Origin: Ranitomeya imitator
Taxonomy: Eukaryota
Length of the DNA stretch: 64,000 bases
NCBI RefSeq assembly: GCF_032444005.1
Contig: NC_091287.1
Coordinates: forward strand, 533,634,001 to 533,698,000
Reading direction: 5' to 3'
The position numbers were made by a program, and so were the translations under genes. The notes below the pieces were generated by a model. It was not told the origin of the DNA. It made no database searches and was given only the letters and a program-made list of their open reading frames with translations. Below, in pieces: positions 61,482 to 64,000 of this stretch. Position 1 is the first letter of the stretch. Each line of letters begins with the position of its first letter.

Positions 61482-63591
61482 TATGTCCGGAATTGGCATC
61501 TGCACCGTCGCAGCTACAGCCACAAAATTTTGCACAGTCACACGTCTGGACCCCGAGAGCGTCATAGGCTATGTTGTGAGGCGAAATTTTAACCCCACGC
61601 GTTCCAATTCACCAAACAATTTTGCCCCTATCTACATAATGGGGAAAAAAGTGAAAGGAAAAGTGTTGGAGGCGTCGCAGCAACAGCCACAAAATTTTGC
61701 ACAGTCACATGTCTGGACCCTGAGAGCATCATAGGCTATGTTGTGAGGTGAAATTTTAACCCCGCGCTTTCCAATTCACCAAACAATTTTGCCCCTATCT
61801 ACATAATGAGGAAAAAGTGAAAGGAAAAGTGTTGGAGGCGTCGCAGCTACAGCCACAAAATTTTGCACAGTCACACGTCTGGACCCCGAGAGCGTCATAG
61901 GCTATGTTGTGAGGTGAAATTTTAACCCCGCGCTTTCCAATTCACCAAACAATTTTGCTCCTATCTACATAATGCGAAAAAATGAAAGGAAAAGTGTAGG
62001 AGGCAAATTGACAGCTGCCAGATGTGAACAAGGGGGACTTAAAGAATGAGAGCGATGGCGCCAAAGAGTATATACCGTACAGTTGCTAAGGTGGGGCCCC
62101 GACATGGGATACTCACCACACACGGGGATATGAACACACACACAAAATGCGCCACACACTACCACGTGCTTGAACACATATTACCCTTAGCACACATTTC
62201 ACCACAAATACACCAACCTCGCCACATAAAAGTCGAAACACAAAAGTCGCCACTCAAAACTCGCCACATGCAAAAAATTGGCTCTTGCAAAACTCGCCAC
62301 AAGTGCAAAACTCACCTCATGGAAAACTCGCCACACGCAAAACTTGCACACGCGGAAAAATTGTCACATGCACAAAAGTTGCAACACATGCAAAAGTTGC
62401 CTCACACAAAACTTTCACATACTCAAAAGGCACCACACATAAAACTCGCCACGCGCAAAACTCGCCATGCGCAAAACTTGCTGCACACAACTTGCTACAC
62501 TAACCTGTCACATGCAACTCGACACACAAAAAGTTGCTACACGCATGTTGCCACACAAAACTCATCTCACAAAAGTCGCTACATGCATGTCGCCACACGC
62601 AACTCAACACACACAACTTGACAAACGACACTCGCCCTAAAACACACACAAGTCTGGTATTATCCTTCAAAAATAAAAATCTAATTAATAAGCAGACAAA
62701 CTACAACAAATGTACCATATAGGAAATACGGCAGCTGTCAGTCACATGACCTGTCTATTATGTGTATATGTGAGCTAATATATACTGCCAGGGGGAGGGC
62801 TTCCTGTTGGCTGGGGATTTATCAGGCTGCCAATTTAGCTTACAAATACTGAGGTAAAAATACTGAGCAAATAACGTGTGAACGAGGTCTAATACAGGAG
62901 GAGATGACACACAGGTATATACTATATACAGGGGAGATGACACACAGATATATACTATATACAGGAGAGATGACACACAGGTATATACTATATAGAGGAG
63001 GAGATGACATACAGGTACATATATATACAGGAGGAGATGACATACAGGTATATACTATATACAGGAGCAGATGACCTACAGGTATATACTATATACAGGA
63101 GGAGATGACATACAGGTATATGCTATATATAGAAGATGACATGCAGGTATATACTATATATAGGAGGAGATGACACACAGATATATACTATATACAGGGG
63201 AGATGACACACAGGTATATACTATATACAGGAAGAGATGACATACAGGTATATACTATATACAGGAGATGACATACAGATGTATACTATATATAAGGGAG
63301 ATGAAAAACATGTATATACTGAGGTGATGAGGTGAAAATGAGAGGTGTGAGGTGAAAATGAAAAGGTGTGAGTGCAAAATGAGAGGAGTGAGGAAAAATA
63401 GTGGAGTGATCAGAAAATGACAGATGTGAGGTTGAAATGACAAGTGTTAGGGGGGAATGAGAGGTGTGAGGGGGGAAATGAAAGATGTGATTGGGAAAAT
63501 GAGAGGCGTGATGGGAAAATAAGACAAGTGAGGTGCTATAACTAACCACAGATATTTACTATGCCCAGGCAACGCCGGGCTCTTCAGCTAG
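61427..63591 (+). mobile_element. Non-autonomous Helitron of a second family (2.2 kb) built of tandem repeats
   Basis: A|TCTACTATATAAAGC start; hairpin GCCCAGGCAACGCCGGGC at 63563-63580, then CAGCTAG|T. Interior contains (TG)n, three ~166-bp units (61510, 61677, 61843), AAAACTCGCCAC repeats, ~33-bp GGAGATGACA repeats and ~20-bp GAGGTGTGAG repeats. Confidence 0.85.
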
Positions 63592-64000
63592 TTATATATA
63601 TATATAGATATATCTTACCCCACACTGCAAGTTATGCACAGTACTGTTACTATGTTATTGTTATAATGCCATTTATTCCTTGACACTTTACATGTTGTGG
63701 TAGAGCGACTCACTCGGCTGGCCTCAGAGGTATGACTGGAACACTGTCTCTTTAAGAAGGGGCTTGGTTTATTGTAGACAGCATAAACCAAACTTCTTAA
63801 CGTAAGCATGGCCCTCTGGGCAAAACAGCAAAACAGAGAAAAAAGAAACACAGTCCTTTTCCTAGTGGGGGTCAGCTCTCTCACAGGTAGCAATGTCCGC
63901 GGTTCAGGTTTAGCGCACACCTTCCTGGAGTGCTCTCTCTCCAGGCACACACTGAACACTGAAAGCTTTTGCAGTCAGCCATTTAAGCCCAGACTATGTG

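Noticed and set aside
62046-62621. 191-aa His/Lys/Thr-rich ORF
   Set aside because: It is low-complexity AAAACTCGCCAC repeat inside the Helitron, with no Rep or helicase motifs.

Overview
Repeat-dense vertebrate genomic DNA, most likely from a frog; the taxon is inferred from the repeat families and not verified. There are no rRNA, tRNA or CRISPR loci, and no host gene can be named. The largest element is a young, apparently intact Ty3/Gypsy chromovirus of the Tf1/sushi type (16195-21885), with ~750-bp LTRs and a single gag-pol-chromodomain ORF. A second, 5'-deleted relative on the minus strand (34615-38765) is nested in a Helitron. A CR1 LINE carrying ORF1 esterase and ORF2 (48557-52036) is inserted in a 90-bp satellite. 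Also present: three non-autonomous Helitrons, at least eight PIF/Harbinger-type palindromic MITEs (TWA target duplications), hAT and TTAA-type MITEs, L2/CR1/L1 fragments, a solo LTR and several tandem arrays (20, 90, 113 and ~170 bp units). The most interesting signal is the cis-architecture of the chromovirus LTR. (1) It has no tRNA primer site; instead a 9-nt primer-binding site is complementary to the LTR sequence 30 nt after a TATA-like box, suggesting self-priming. (2) A strong candidate leader intron would splice out that primer-binding site. (3) An 11-bp RNA hairpin shows compensatory substitutions between the two LTR lineages in the window. A few phase-compatible candidate host exons are reported at low confidence.
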